Virus record (IMG/VR): IMGVR_UViG_3300041585_000108 | Location: 11,319 to 75,318 of that record | Strand: one strand, 5' to 3' | Length of the DNA: 64,000 nucleotides | Source of the DNA: a virus | Translations under genes and position numbers: made by a program | Part shown: piece by piece, positions 7,875 through 16,136 of the stretch | Position numbering within the stretch: position 1 is the first letter of the stretch | Layout: every line of letters begins with the position of its first letter | The notes under the pieces: generated by a model | What the model was told of the DNA's origin: nothing | The model's database searches: none | The model's input: the letters and a program-made list of their open reading frames with translations, nothing else

Positions 7875-8822
7875 CTACATTGGATTATCCGTTTTATAAA
7901 AACCATTATCTTTAATTTGTTTATAAAAATCTTCAGCTATATGCAAATTTTTATGAATGCCCCAGTGTGGTCTATGTCCTGCTTTCCTGTCTGCACCTTG
8001 ATAAAATAATTCATTTTTTCTATCTTCAGGGTGACAGTCTAAAGAATTAAATTCACCATATTCGTCTGAGTTTTCAATAATATTAGAATTAGTTTCATTT
8101 TTATCATAAGGAATTTTCCAATCAAAAGCATCTATATAGCAGTAGCCTTCGTGGTGTTTTGGGTAAAACAAATTAACTTCATTGTAAATATTTTTTTGAT
8201 ATATAGGGTCCCAGCTACTCCAAAAAAATTTAATATTATTTGAAATGCAGTATTGTCTTAGCATGTCAATAAAAATATTTTCATAAAAAAATACAAATTC
8301 TTCTGTCAAAATATGTTGTGGGTCGTAAGGAGCTTTCCCATATGGGATAAAGCTATCATATATTTCTGAATATTCAACCATTGGCAAATAATCATGTCTT
8401 TCAAACTGAGTTCTTTTAAATACATTTTTGGTTTCCATTTTACCTTTTGTATAGGGTGTGTTTATTCTACAAAATGGAAAAAGTCCTATAACAATTTTAG
8501 GGTTGCCAAATTTTTCAAAATAATAAAAAGCTTTTGATACTTGTCCCATTATGGAATCTCCACGCGCACCTAAATTGGAGCTACTCAAATTTAATTTTTT
8601 AGATAAGACTGAGCTCCATATGTATTCTTCTGGAAGCCCTTGCCCGTACGTCAGAGAACAGCCAAGAAATAGTATGTCTGAATTTTCTTCAAACTCTCTG
8701 CTTCTATAGCCCAAGCTGTTAATGTTATATTCTATTTCTACTATGTCCGCGTTTTTTCCAACATGCTCTCTTCCTGGGCCTTCCTGTAATTCATTTACAA
8801 AGAGCCTTTTAATATTTTTTAT
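7875..8822 (-). CDS. SGNH/GDSL-hydrolase-like protein
   Basis: YNINSLGYRSREF, FLGCSLTYGQG (block I), NLGARG (block II), C-terminal HWG. Frame is open to 8831; proposed ATA start at 8822 (track start is TTG 8714). Confidence 0.72.
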   Translation of the reverse strand: MKNIKRLFVNELQEGPGREHVGKNADIVEIEYNINSLGYRSREFEENSDILFLGCSLTYGQGLPEEYIWSSVLSKKLNLSSSNLGARGDSIMGQVSKAFYYFEKFGNPKIVIGLFPFCRINTPYTKGKMETKNVFKRTQFERHDYLPMVEYSEIYDSFIPYGKAPYDPQHILTEEFVFFYENIFIDMLRQYCISNNIKFFWSSWDPIYQKNIYNEVNLFYPKHHEGYCYIDAFDWKIPYDKNETNSNIIENSDEYGEFNSLDCHPEDRKNELFYQGADRKAGHRPHWGIHKNLHIAEDFYKQIKDNGFYKTDNPM

Positions 8823-9010
8823 TATTTTAAGTTATCCGTCCTATAAAAACCATTTCCTTTAAACTGTATCGCAAAGGAAGTAAAAAATCTTGACATAACA
8901 GAATCACATTCTTTGCAGAGATATCCTGGATCATTTTCAGACATAGATCTAGTTACTTGAAGTAATGCGTGGGATTTATTTTGATTACAGTTATATTCAT
9001 ATATGGGCAT
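8822..9010 (-). CDS. FmdB-family zinc-ribbon protein
   Basis: MPIYEYxC...CKEC...FKGNGFYRTD signature. Confidence 0.85.
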   Translation of the reverse strand: MPIYEYNCNQNKSHALLQVTRSMSENDPGYLCKECDSVMSRFFTSFAIQFKGNGFYRTDNLK

Positions 9011-9417
9011 CACTCACCGTTTGTTTTCCTTACTTTAGCTAAGGCCACAAAATCTTTAACTTTTGTGTCCCCCATATATTTCCAGGCATAACCATTTAAA
9101 ATCATCTGCTCATTTACTGAAACAGCAGAGTTATCTAAATAAAGCCATCCTAGAATACGACCATACTTTTCAGATGAATTTATTTTTTCTGTTTTAATAA
9201 CAATATTTTTAGCAGAATTAATCTTATTCTTTAAATATGCTTTTGCTTCAAGGCCTAGGGCTTTTTCCATTTTGTTTAAGGTTCTGCTTTCTGGTGTATC
9301 TATACCAGAAAGTCGAACTCTTGAGGTAAACGATATATCAAATCCAAGATCAATATCTACATCTATTGTGTCTCCATCAACAACCTTTATTATTTTTTTT
9401 ACATAATATTCAAACAT
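9010..9417 (-). CDS. thermonuclease (SNase-like)
   Basis: VVDGDTI, RVRLSGIDTPE, KYGRILG motifs. Confidence 0.92.
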   Translation of the reverse strand: MFEYYVKKIIKVVDGDTIDVDIDLGFDISFTSRVRLSGIDTPESRTLNKMEKALGLEAKAYLKNKINSAKNIVIKTEKINSSEKYGRILGWLYLDNSAVSVNEQMILNGYAWKYMGDTKVKDFVALAKVRKTNGE

Positions 9418-9511
9418 TTTTCTCCTTATTTTAATTTGTTTTTAATAAAATTACAAAAATATTCTGCGGCAATATTAAAAAACTTTTTCCTAGTCTTGTG
9501 AAACAACGCCG

Positions 9512-9583
9512 CACCCCTGGCTGGAATCGAACCAGCGACAAACAGATTAGAAGTCTGTTGCTCTTCCGCTGAGCTACAGAGGT
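9512..9583 (-). tRNA. tRNA-Arg(TCT)
   Basis: Acceptor ACCTCTG/CAGGGGT, anticodon arm ACAGA-CTTCTAA-TCTGT, T arm GCTGG-TTCGATT-CCAGC. Confidence 0.92.
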
Positions 9584-9587
9584 ATTG

Positions 9588-9670
9588 CGAAAGTAACAGG
9601 ATTTGAACCTGCGGATCTTTCAATCTACGATTTAGCAAACCGTTACATTCGACCACTCTGCCATACTTCC
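9588..9670 (-). tRNA. tRNA-Ser(GCT)
   Basis: Acceptor GGAAGTA/TACTTTC, anticodon arm ACGGT-TTGCTAA-ATCGT, long variable arm, G discriminator. Confidence 0.88.
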
Positions 9671-9675
9671 TTTCG

Positions 9676-9747
9676 TAGCCCCACAGGTATTTGAACCCTG
9701 TTCACCAAGCTGAAAGCCTGGTATTCTTGCCCATGTACGATGGGGCC
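9676..9747 (-). tRNA. tRNA-Glu(TTC)
   Basis: Acceptor GGCCCCA/TGGGGCT, anticodon arm CCAGG-CTTTCAG-CTTGG; T stem has a G53-A61 mismatch. Confidence 0.78.
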
Positions 9748-9751
9748 TTAG

Positions 9752-9825
9752 TGTGCTAAGTAGGACTCGAACCTACGACGACCAAATTATGAGTTTGGGG
9801 CTCTAACCAACTGAGCTATTAGCAC
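9752..9825 (-). tRNA. tRNA with CAT anticodon (Ile2 or elongator Met; not initiator)
   Basis: Acceptor GTGCTAA/TTAGCAC, anticodon arm CCAAA-CTCATAA-TTTGG, T arm GTAGG-TTCGAGT-CCTAC; paired 1:72, no three G-C anticodon pairs. Confidence 0.9.
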
Positions 9826-11257
9826 CAGTTATTATATTATACCTATAATGTTCTTGCCAGTCAATAGCGTCTTGTTTGTCATTTAATAACGGCTGTCCTT
9901 TTATATTTAAGCTTGTATTTAAAAGCACTGGACATCCAGTATCCCAATACCATTTTCTTAAAAGCATATGAAGCCCTGGATGCTGGTCTCGATTAACTGT
10001 TTGAACTCTAGATGTTCCATCTTTATGAACAACAGATGGTATTGCTTTGGGATACTTGCATTTTACTGTATATTGCATATATGGAGATGCAAAATTCATA
10101 TCGAACCATTCATTTGCAAATTCTTCAAGAACTACTGGTGCAAACGGCCTAAATAACTCTCTTTGTTTTATCAAATTAACTTTATCTTTGATGTCTGGAT
10201 CCCTAGGATCAGCTAATATACTTCTATTCCCTAAAGCTCTTGGCCCATATTCTGCTCTACCATTTGCTACTACTGCTATTTTGTTTATTTTTAATTCTTG
10301 AAATATTTGGTCTACAGGATATTTGCCTCCCATATCATGCCCAAGGTACGGGGATTCCCATTTTAAATGCTTTCCATATAAGGCTGCTGCTGCTCCAAGC
10401 GAGCTTCCAGCATCTCCTGGATTTGGCATGATCCAAATATCATCAAAAAGTTTCCAAAGTAAGGTGTTGGCCGAAGAATTTAGTGCACACCCACCCATAA
10501 ATACAAGATTGGTCTTCCCAGTTATTTTTCTTGCCATCTGCATGAATTCAAAAAGTCTTTGTTCGTAAACCTTTTGAACTGCTGCTGCAACATCAAACTT
10601 ATCTTGTTTGCCCATCCATCCCCAATCCCATATTCCTTTGTGAAAATTATATGATTGTTTATTTATTGATGGAAAGTAATCATTAATTCTATTAAAATAT
10701 TTATTTGGGTCCCCATAAGCTGCCATTCCCATCATTATATACTCTTCTTGATTTGGCATTAACCCAATTAGTTTTGTAAATGCAGAATAAAATAATCCAA
10801 AGCTAACTGGGTAATTTTGTTTATGTCTGAGTGTTATTTTTTCCCCTTCTCCAATCCAAACTGTGGAGGTGTTGTATTCTCCTATTGCATCTAAAACAAC
10901 AATTACCGCATCATTAAAGTGACTTGTATAATACCCTGCTGCAGCATGAGAATAATGATGTTTAAAATATTTTGTTGGAACTTTTTCCCCAAACATATTA
11001 TTAATTACATAGCTTGGTTTCCAGTCTCCAGAACCACCCTTTAAAATAAGCCTTGAGGCTTTTAATAAAGGCTTTTCATAGTAAGCAATTTTATCTGGGA
11101 ATCCATACTGTAAAGCATTTTCAATTAAATTATTATTAATGTACCAATCATTTTTTTGCTTGCTATATCTTTCTGCATGTCCTGCAAATAGTATTTCTCC
11201 GTCTTTAATTAAAGATATTGATGCGTCATGAGAAGTCTCATTAATTCCTAAAATTAT
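9803..11257 (-). CDS. NodU/CmcH-family O-carbamoyltransferase
   Basis: HHYSHAA, VLDAIGE, GGCALN, PGDAGSSLGAA, EYGPRALGNRSILA, FRPFAP, NTSLN. The conserved N-terminus ILGINETSHDAS lies upstream of the track start (10996); proposed ATA start at 11257. Confidence 0.9.
   Translation of the reverse strand: MILGINETSHDASISLIKDGEILFAGHAERYSKQKNDWYINNNLIENALQYGFPDKIAYYEKPLLKASRLILKGGSGDWKPSYVINNMFGEKVPTKYFKHHYSHAAAGYYTSHFNDAVIVVLDAIGEYNTSTVWIGEGEKITLRHKQNYPVSFGLFYSAFTKLIGLMPNQEEYIMMGMAAYGDPNKYFNRINDYFPSINKQSYNFHKGIWDWGWMGKQDKFDVAAAVQKVYEQRLFEFMQMARKITGKTNLVFMGGCALNSSANTLLWKLFDDIWIMPNPGDAGSSLGAAAALYGKHLKWESPYLGHDMGGKYPVDQIFQELKINKIAVVANGRAEYGPRALGNRSILADPRDPDIKDKVNLIKQRELFRPFAPVVLEEFANEWFDMNFASPYMQYTVKCKYPKAIPSVVHKDGTSRVQTVNRDQHPGLHMLLRKWYWDTGCPVLLNTSLNIKGQPLLNDKQDAIDWQEHYRYNIITGANSSVG
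9836..9864 (-). promoter_or_regulatory. promoter of tRNA cluster, inside the carbamoyltransferase CDS
   Basis: TTGACT-N17-TATAAT, 10 nt before the first tRNA. Confidence 0.7.
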
Positions 11258-11324
11258 ACTAATTTTTTGTTATCCCTTCAATAAATTTTTTTGTTTAATT
11301 AAAATCATAATTAAAATATTTTAT

Positions 11325-11414
11325 TTAATATGTAAATCTATCTTTATTTTTATTTTTTTTATAAAAAATTTTATTGATAATGGCATAAGCATAGTATTTT
11401 ATTTTTAAAATCAT
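11325..11414 (-). CDS. 29-aa basic peptide upstream of carbamoyltransferase
   Basis: Not in ORF track. AGGA SD; MILKIKYYAYAIINKIFYKKNKNKDRFTY. Confidence 0.5.
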   Translation of the reverse strand: MILKIKYYAYAIINKIFYKKNKNKDRFTY

Positions 11415-11431
11415 TACTAAATCCTATTCTA

Positions 11432-11671
11432 TTAATTTATATTATTTTTATTAAATTCTTCAACAATTTGTTGAACATATTCAGAAAAATGTTTTCTAAT
11501 TGAGCCTGCTGGTCTGCTACCAATACTATCATATATTTTTTTGTACTCTAGCACATTTTCATATGTTGTTGGACACAAAATTATTTTATTATAAGATTTA
11601 AGATTTATTGGTAATGGCACATGTTTTGTACAACACTTACACTGTTTTGCTTTTTCTTGATACTTGCTCAT
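11432..11671 (-). CDS. hypothetical Cys-containing protein
   Basis: CKCC...CPT; ATGA overlap with terminase stop. Confidence 0.7.
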   Translation of the reverse strand: MSKYQEKAKQCKCCTKHVPLPINLKSYNKIILCPTTYENVLEYKKIYDSIGSRPAGSIRKHFSEYVQQIVEEFNKNNIN

Positions 11672-13473
11672 ATTATCTCCATATTTTCAATTGACCTTGC
11701 TAGGCTTTCTGGCATTCTTGGTGCACGAATCATATTCTGAACGTACTCAACTTCTCCATCAGAGCTATTGGCAAAATCGTTGTCGTAGCTCATTGACTCG
11801 TAGTCATGAATTTTTATTTCCTCATCCCTTTTTATTCTAGTCTTACTAATACAGTTGTATACTGCCCCACATACAGCATCTGCTAAATCCTTAGAGCCTT
11901 TTCTAGGGTGGTCTATTTTATCTCTCATAATTCTTAGCTGAAGTAATTCATCAATTAATAATGAAATATGTGGGCCTCGCAAACGCTCTTCTAAAACTAC
12001 CATAGCCATATCATCATAATGTTTTTTGGCAACAGAAAGAATTTCAGTATTAATTCCATAAGATTTTAATTGCTGCATCATATCATGAGAATTCCATCTG
12101 TCAAATGTGCACAGCCTTATGTTGAATCCACGAGTTCTAAGAGACAGGATATAATCTTTTACTTCAGTAAAATCTACAGATTTATCTGGTGTTGGGGTCC
12201 AAAATCTTACTGCATCAATTTCAACTATTGGGGCTGGTTGAGAATAAGTGTCTGTTACTTTTACCTCAACCCACTTATTTACGTGTCCCATTGCAACAGC
12301 ACAATGATCATGTTTTTGAGCAAGGTCTACGTGTATAAAGTACTCTTTGCCTTCTTCTGGTTTAAACCATTCTTCAAGTCTTCCAAATTTATCTACAGCT
12401 AAAGCTGCATTATTGAATGCACTTTCAATTTTACTCCTTGACTTAAAAAAAGCATCTACGGCATCTGATGGCATGCATGCAAATCTACTTAGTGCATCTG
12501 GTAAATTTTTATGAAATGCAACGGTAAAGTCTGTTATTTTTTTTGTAGGGTTTACTTCCCATGTGGGTCTTTTTAATGCAAAAACTTTAGGATAAACATA
12601 TGAAACAATATGGTCTTCTTCCCATGAAACCTCAAACTCATTTCCCTCTGTATTATCTGGAAGATCAATATCTAGTTTCAATGTCTGGGTTCTAATAATT
12701 GTTTCTTTTTCTGCAATAACTGACTCATAAAATTTTTGAATAGGATCATTTTTAAATCTTGGAAATGAAAGCAAAATAATTTTACCAAAGTCTGGAAATC
12801 TAGAATCAACTGATGCCCTATACATATCGTAGATTGCTTCTGCTGTTTTTGCCTGATCATGCCCGCTTGTATTTTCAGTTGCAAATCCTGAAATCTCATC
12901 TAAAATTACAACTAAAACGTTGTATCCTTCAAAAGCTTCTCTTTCTGAGTGCCCTGAATGAACTGTAATAGATTTATCAAATTTTATTTCAGAAGCTTTA
13001 TCTGTATATTTTCCTGCAAACCATGGTGAGCTTTCGATACGCATCTTAAATCCTTTAAAGAAAACGTTATTTGCTTGTTGAGCATTTATTGCTATATTAA
13101 GAATATCAATAGCATCTCTTGGTGGTTTCCCATAGTATGCTGCTGGATTTTTTAGGCATAGCAATAAATACACTATGTATGCCACTGAAATAGTTGAAGA
13201 ATAATCTTTTCCAGACCCTTTGCCTAATTGAGCAATTATCTCAACACATGTCTGCTTAAACATTTTTTTGCCAAGCTCTTCGCCATAAAGTTTTATGAGG
13301 GTAGATTCTTTGTATATCTGAGAGCTTTTTGATATTAAAGTATACTGATGTTCTGAAAGTGGTGGAAGGCTCATGTAGTCTGGGCTTGTTACAAAAGTTT
13401 GCAGATCTACTGGACGTTCTTCAAACTCTTCTCCGTCTAGTATTTCTATAAAATCAGAAAAATCAAACGACAT
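11668..13473 (-). CDS. terL: terminase large subunit
   Basis: Walker A GKGSGKD, Walker B VVILDE, RNase H-like HVDLA...FDRW...DHP...KDLADA. Confidence 0.9.
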   Translation of the reverse strand: MSFDFSDFIEILDGEEFEERPVDLQTFVTSPDYMSLPPLSEHQYTLISKSSQIYKESTLIKLYGEELGKKMFKQTCVEIIAQLGKGSGKDYSSTISVAYIVYLLLCLKNPAAYYGKPPRDAIDILNIAINAQQANNVFFKGFKMRIESSPWFAGKYTDKASEIKFDKSITVHSGHSEREAFEGYNVLVVILDEISGFATENTSGHDQAKTAEAIYDMYRASVDSRFPDFGKIILLSFPRFKNDPIQKFYESVIAEKETIIRTQTLKLDIDLPDNTEGNEFEVSWEEDHIVSYVYPKVFALKRPTWEVNPTKKITDFTVAFHKNLPDALSRFACMPSDAVDAFFKSRSKIESAFNNAALAVDKFGRLEEWFKPEEGKEYFIHVDLAQKHDHCAVAMGHVNKWVEVKVTDTYSQPAPIVEIDAVRFWTPTPDKSVDFTEVKDYILSLRTRGFNIRLCTFDRWNSHDMMQQLKSYGINTEILSVAKKHYDDMAMVVLEERLRGPHISLLIDELLQLRIMRDKIDHPRKGSKDLADAVCGAVYNCISKTRIKRDEEIKIHDYESMSYDNDFANSSDGEVEYVQNMIRAPRMPESLARSIENMEII

Positions 13474-14002
13474 TTGATTCTTCTATAATTGTAATAGGCT
13501 CAACTATTCCAGTAATTTGAGATAATCTTTTAGCTACTTCTATTTTGCAATGATTGCAGCTAGAGGTTACTTCTTTTAGTATACTAACAAGCATCTCTTG
13601 CTTTCTTTCATTTTCTAAAATCTGAGATGCCATCTCATTGTTTTCAAGTAGGCCTACTGACTGAAGCATAGCAATCCTTTTTGTTTCAATGTCTGCTATT
13701 AGCTTTAATGTTCCTGATTTAACGCCCAGTTGTCCTTGGGTATCCGCATCTTCAACTGTTTTCCAGGCCTCTTTAATTAACATATCATAGTGTTGATCTG
13801 CACCCATAAGGGCTTCCTTGGCTCTATCTCTTACATTAGTATCATTATGAACTACAGACTTCCATTCATCAATGTACTCTAGAACTTCTTTTCTTGTAAA
13901 GCCTGTCATGCTTGCTATCTGAGTAGCAGAATTTCCTCTTAGTAATTCCGACACAACCTTATTCATTTTATCAAAGTGTACGGAAGGCTCTATTTCGCTC
14001 AT
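13463..14002 (-). CDS. probable terminase small subunit (N-terminal HTH, helical)
   Basis: HTH-like SATQIASMTGFTRKEV; directly upstream of and overlapping terL. Confidence 0.6.
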   Translation of the reverse strand: MSEIEPSVHFDKMNKVVSELLRGNSATQIASMTGFTRKEVLEYIDEWKSVVHNDTNVRDRAKEALMGADQHYDMLIKEAWKTVEDADTQGQLGVKSGTLKLIADIETKRIAMLQSVGLLENNEMASQILENERKQEMLVSILKEVTSSCNHCKIEVAKRLSQITGIVEPITIIEESNVV

Positions 14003-14008
14003 TAAATT

Positions 14009-14037
14009 ATTATACTTCTAGTCAACTAAAATGTCAA
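14009..14037 (-). promoter_or_regulatory. consensus leaderless promoter of terminase operon
   Basis: TTGACA-N17-TATAAT-N6-ATG. Confidence 0.85.
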
Positions 14038-14184
14038 TTAACGTTTAACTTTTAATTTAAATTTTTCTATATATCTTTGTATAGTCATAGCCGATACTTT
14101 GCACTCTGTAGCAATTTGAGTAATTGTTTTTTTTTGAACCACATACCTATTTAATAACCACATTTTATCTTGATATAACTTCAT
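14038..14184 (-). CDS. small HTH protein (48 aa)
   Basis: Not in ORF track. MKLYQDKMWLLNRYVVQKKTITQIATECKVSAMTIQRYIEKFKLKVKR; ATGA overlap with the RuvC-like gene. Confidence 0.75.
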   Translation of the reverse strand: MKLYQDKMWLLNRYVVQKKTITQIATECKVSAMTIQRYIEKFKLKVKR

Positions 14185-14747
14185 CTTCTTGTTAATTCCT
14201 TGTTTGCATAGTGAGCTATCCCAAATGAATCTGCTACATCAAAATCATCTAGGGATAAATTATATTTTACATTAAAATAATCTACAGTTTTTTGTTTTCT
14301 CATATTTCTTATTTGATTTTTATACCATGAATCAACATGTCCTGGATAAGCAATTTTAATTGCTTGCTTATCTGCTTTTGTTGAATTTTTATTTCCTATA
14401 TATGCCTGCCAAGATATAGGAGGAATAGTTATTACTTTGGCCCCAGTTGACATAAGCTCTGCAATAACAACTCCATAGACATAAGAAAGCTTAATAACGG
14501 CATCTGGAGATCTTACTAAAACCGCTCCTTCTACAACAATATAGTCTGCTTTAAGTGTATCTAACATTAGATTAGTTTTTATTTTAGCATCATAGATTTT
14601 TTCATAAATATTGTTTCCAGCTAAATTTATTTTTCCCCACTTCAATGGGATGTCATTTTCCATTAAGCAAAAAGCTATAGAGTTTGTCGAAGCATCTATT
14701 CCTAAAACTCTATTGGCTTTGACTTTTATTAAGCTAGCCAATGTCAT
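14181..14747 (-). CDS. RuvC-like Holliday junction resolvase
   Basis: VLGIDAS, VVEG, DVADSFGIA acidic motifs. Confidence 0.8.
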   Translation of the reverse strand: MTLASLIKVKANRVLGIDASTNSIAFCLMENDIPLKWGKINLAGNNIYEKIYDAKIKTNLMLDTLKADYIVVEGAVLVRSPDAVIKLSYVYGVVIAELMSTGAKVITIPPISWQAYIGNKNSTKADKQAIKIAYPGHVDSWYKNQIRNMRKQKTVDYFNVKYNLSLDDFDVADSFGIAHYANKELTRR

Positions 14748-15012
14748 CTAATAGATCCCTTATTTTTTTTTTGTGATTTGAGCTCTTTGACTTAATGCAT
14801 TTAGCACAATATAAATCGTTATTATATCTACTTAAAAACCCAACACATCCTTTACATTTTCTTGGAGCCCCATTTTTTATTGCTTTTTTCTCATAATATT
14901 TTTCCATAATTCTTTTATTTGTTGCAATTCTGCAGCACTCATCAGAACAATATTTTTGATTGTGTGTTTTAGAAATAAAATCTTTTTTACACTTTATATT
15001 TAAACATTTCAT
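14734..15012 (-). CDS. Zn-finger protein
   Basis: CLNIKC...YCSDECC...CKGC...CAKC. Confidence 0.75.
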   Translation of the reverse strand: MKCLNIKCKKDFISKTHNQKYCSDECCRIATNKRIMEKYYEKKAIKNGAPRKCKGCVGFLSRYNNDLYCAKCIKSKSSNHKKKIRDLLDDIG

Positions 15013-15800
15013 TATTTTACAACCTTCATTAATTCAATTTCTACTGTGCCAGGGTTTGATCCTTTAGCCCAACATTCTTTTTTAACTGGACAATAAGTAC
15101 ATGGCAATTTATATTTAGTTGCACCTTCTGGTCTAACTGGCAAATCCCCATCTTTAAAATTATCCCAAACTTGTTCAAGCCATGAGAAAGCATCATCGAT
15201 AATCTTTTTGTTTTTTTCATTCATTGAAATTGGTATGATTAGAACCTCTTGTGTATTTTTGTTTTCATACAAGAAAAATCCCTCTTTAGCGTTCTTAAGT
15301 TTCATATAAGTTAATAGCTGAAGCATATGATTTGGAGAAGATTTCATTTCCGCCTGCCGTGTATCCCAAACTTCTTGTTTAGCTGTTTTTATTTCACCGA
15401 TTACAACTTCGCCATCATATTCCATAATTAAATCAATAAATCCTCTTATGGGAGGGTATTCATTAATTATTTCTTCTTCTTCCGATTTCCATTCAGGCAT
15501 AGTTTTAATAAGTTTTTGCAATCTTTCATGAGCTTGTGTTCCTTGGGCCATATTAGCAACCGCTACGGCATCATTATCATCAATAAAAACTGCACCAGCA
15601 AATGCCATGTACCAATATCTAGGACAGGTACCGTGTCCGTACCCCAACGAACTTGGACTAAATGATTTTTTAGTGGTATCCCCATCTGGACGCTTAGTTT
15701 TTTTATAAGATTCATCTAACAACTTTGCAAATTTTTCTGGGTCAAAAAAATTACCAGTATGTTTTTTAAATTTTAAATTCTTTACTATGTCTCTGGCCAT
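15012..15800 (-). CDS. Cas4-like PD-(D/E)xK exonuclease
   Basis: SPSS...CPR, GFID...EIKT, QLLTY, C-terminal CTYCPVKKEC Fe-S ligands. Confidence 0.85.
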   Translation of the reverse strand: MARDIVKNLKFKKHTGNFFDPEKFAKLLDESYKKTKRPDGDTTKKSFSPSSLGYGHGTCPRYWYMAFAGAVFIDDNDAVAVANMAQGTQAHERLQKLIKTMPEWKSEEEEIINEYPPIRGFIDLIMEYDGEVVIGEIKTAKQEVWDTRQAEMKSSPNHMLQLLTYMKLKNAKEGFFLYENKNTQEVLIIPISMNEKNKKIIDDAFSWLEQVWDNFKDGDLPVRPEGATKYKLPCTYCPVKKECWAKGSNPGTVEIELMKVVK

Positions 15801-16136
15801 TTATGAGTTATACCTAACTACATATTTAAGAGCATCTACTAATTTGTCTAAAGACTCTTTAACTGAATAATAAATATTTTTTTTGTTATTGTTTTTTGTA
15901 CCAGCTTTATCTTTAGCAATAGTAGAATAAACTGAAGCAAGTATTGCAAATTTAGTTGACATAGCTTGTAGCTCCATAATAAGCATAGGAGCTCTTGCAG
16001 ATGGAACATCTGGGTTCATTAAAAGCTTTACCACAATAGCAAGGGCTTTATCTAGATGCTCATCATGCATAAACTCATGAAGATCATTAAACTCTGTTAT
16101 ATCACTAATTAGCTCTAGCGTATTTTTATCTTCCAT
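15801..16136 (-). CDS. hypothetical helical protein
   Basis: Start set at ATG 16136; lies within the recombination operon. Confidence 0.75.
   Translation of the reverse strand: MEDKNTLELISDITEFNDLHEFMHDEHLDKALAIVVKLLMNPDVPSARAPMLIMELQAMSTKFAILASVYSTIAKDKAGTKNNNKKNIYYSVKESLDKLVDALKYVVRYNS

Noticed and set aside
9426-9656. 76-aa ORF
   Set aside because: Reads through tRNA-Ser and tRNA-Arg; spurious.
15012-15800. Cas4-like gene as sign of a CRISPR-Cas system
   Set aside because: No cas1/cas2, effector genes or array; stand-alone Cas4-like nucleases are usual in phage recombination modules.
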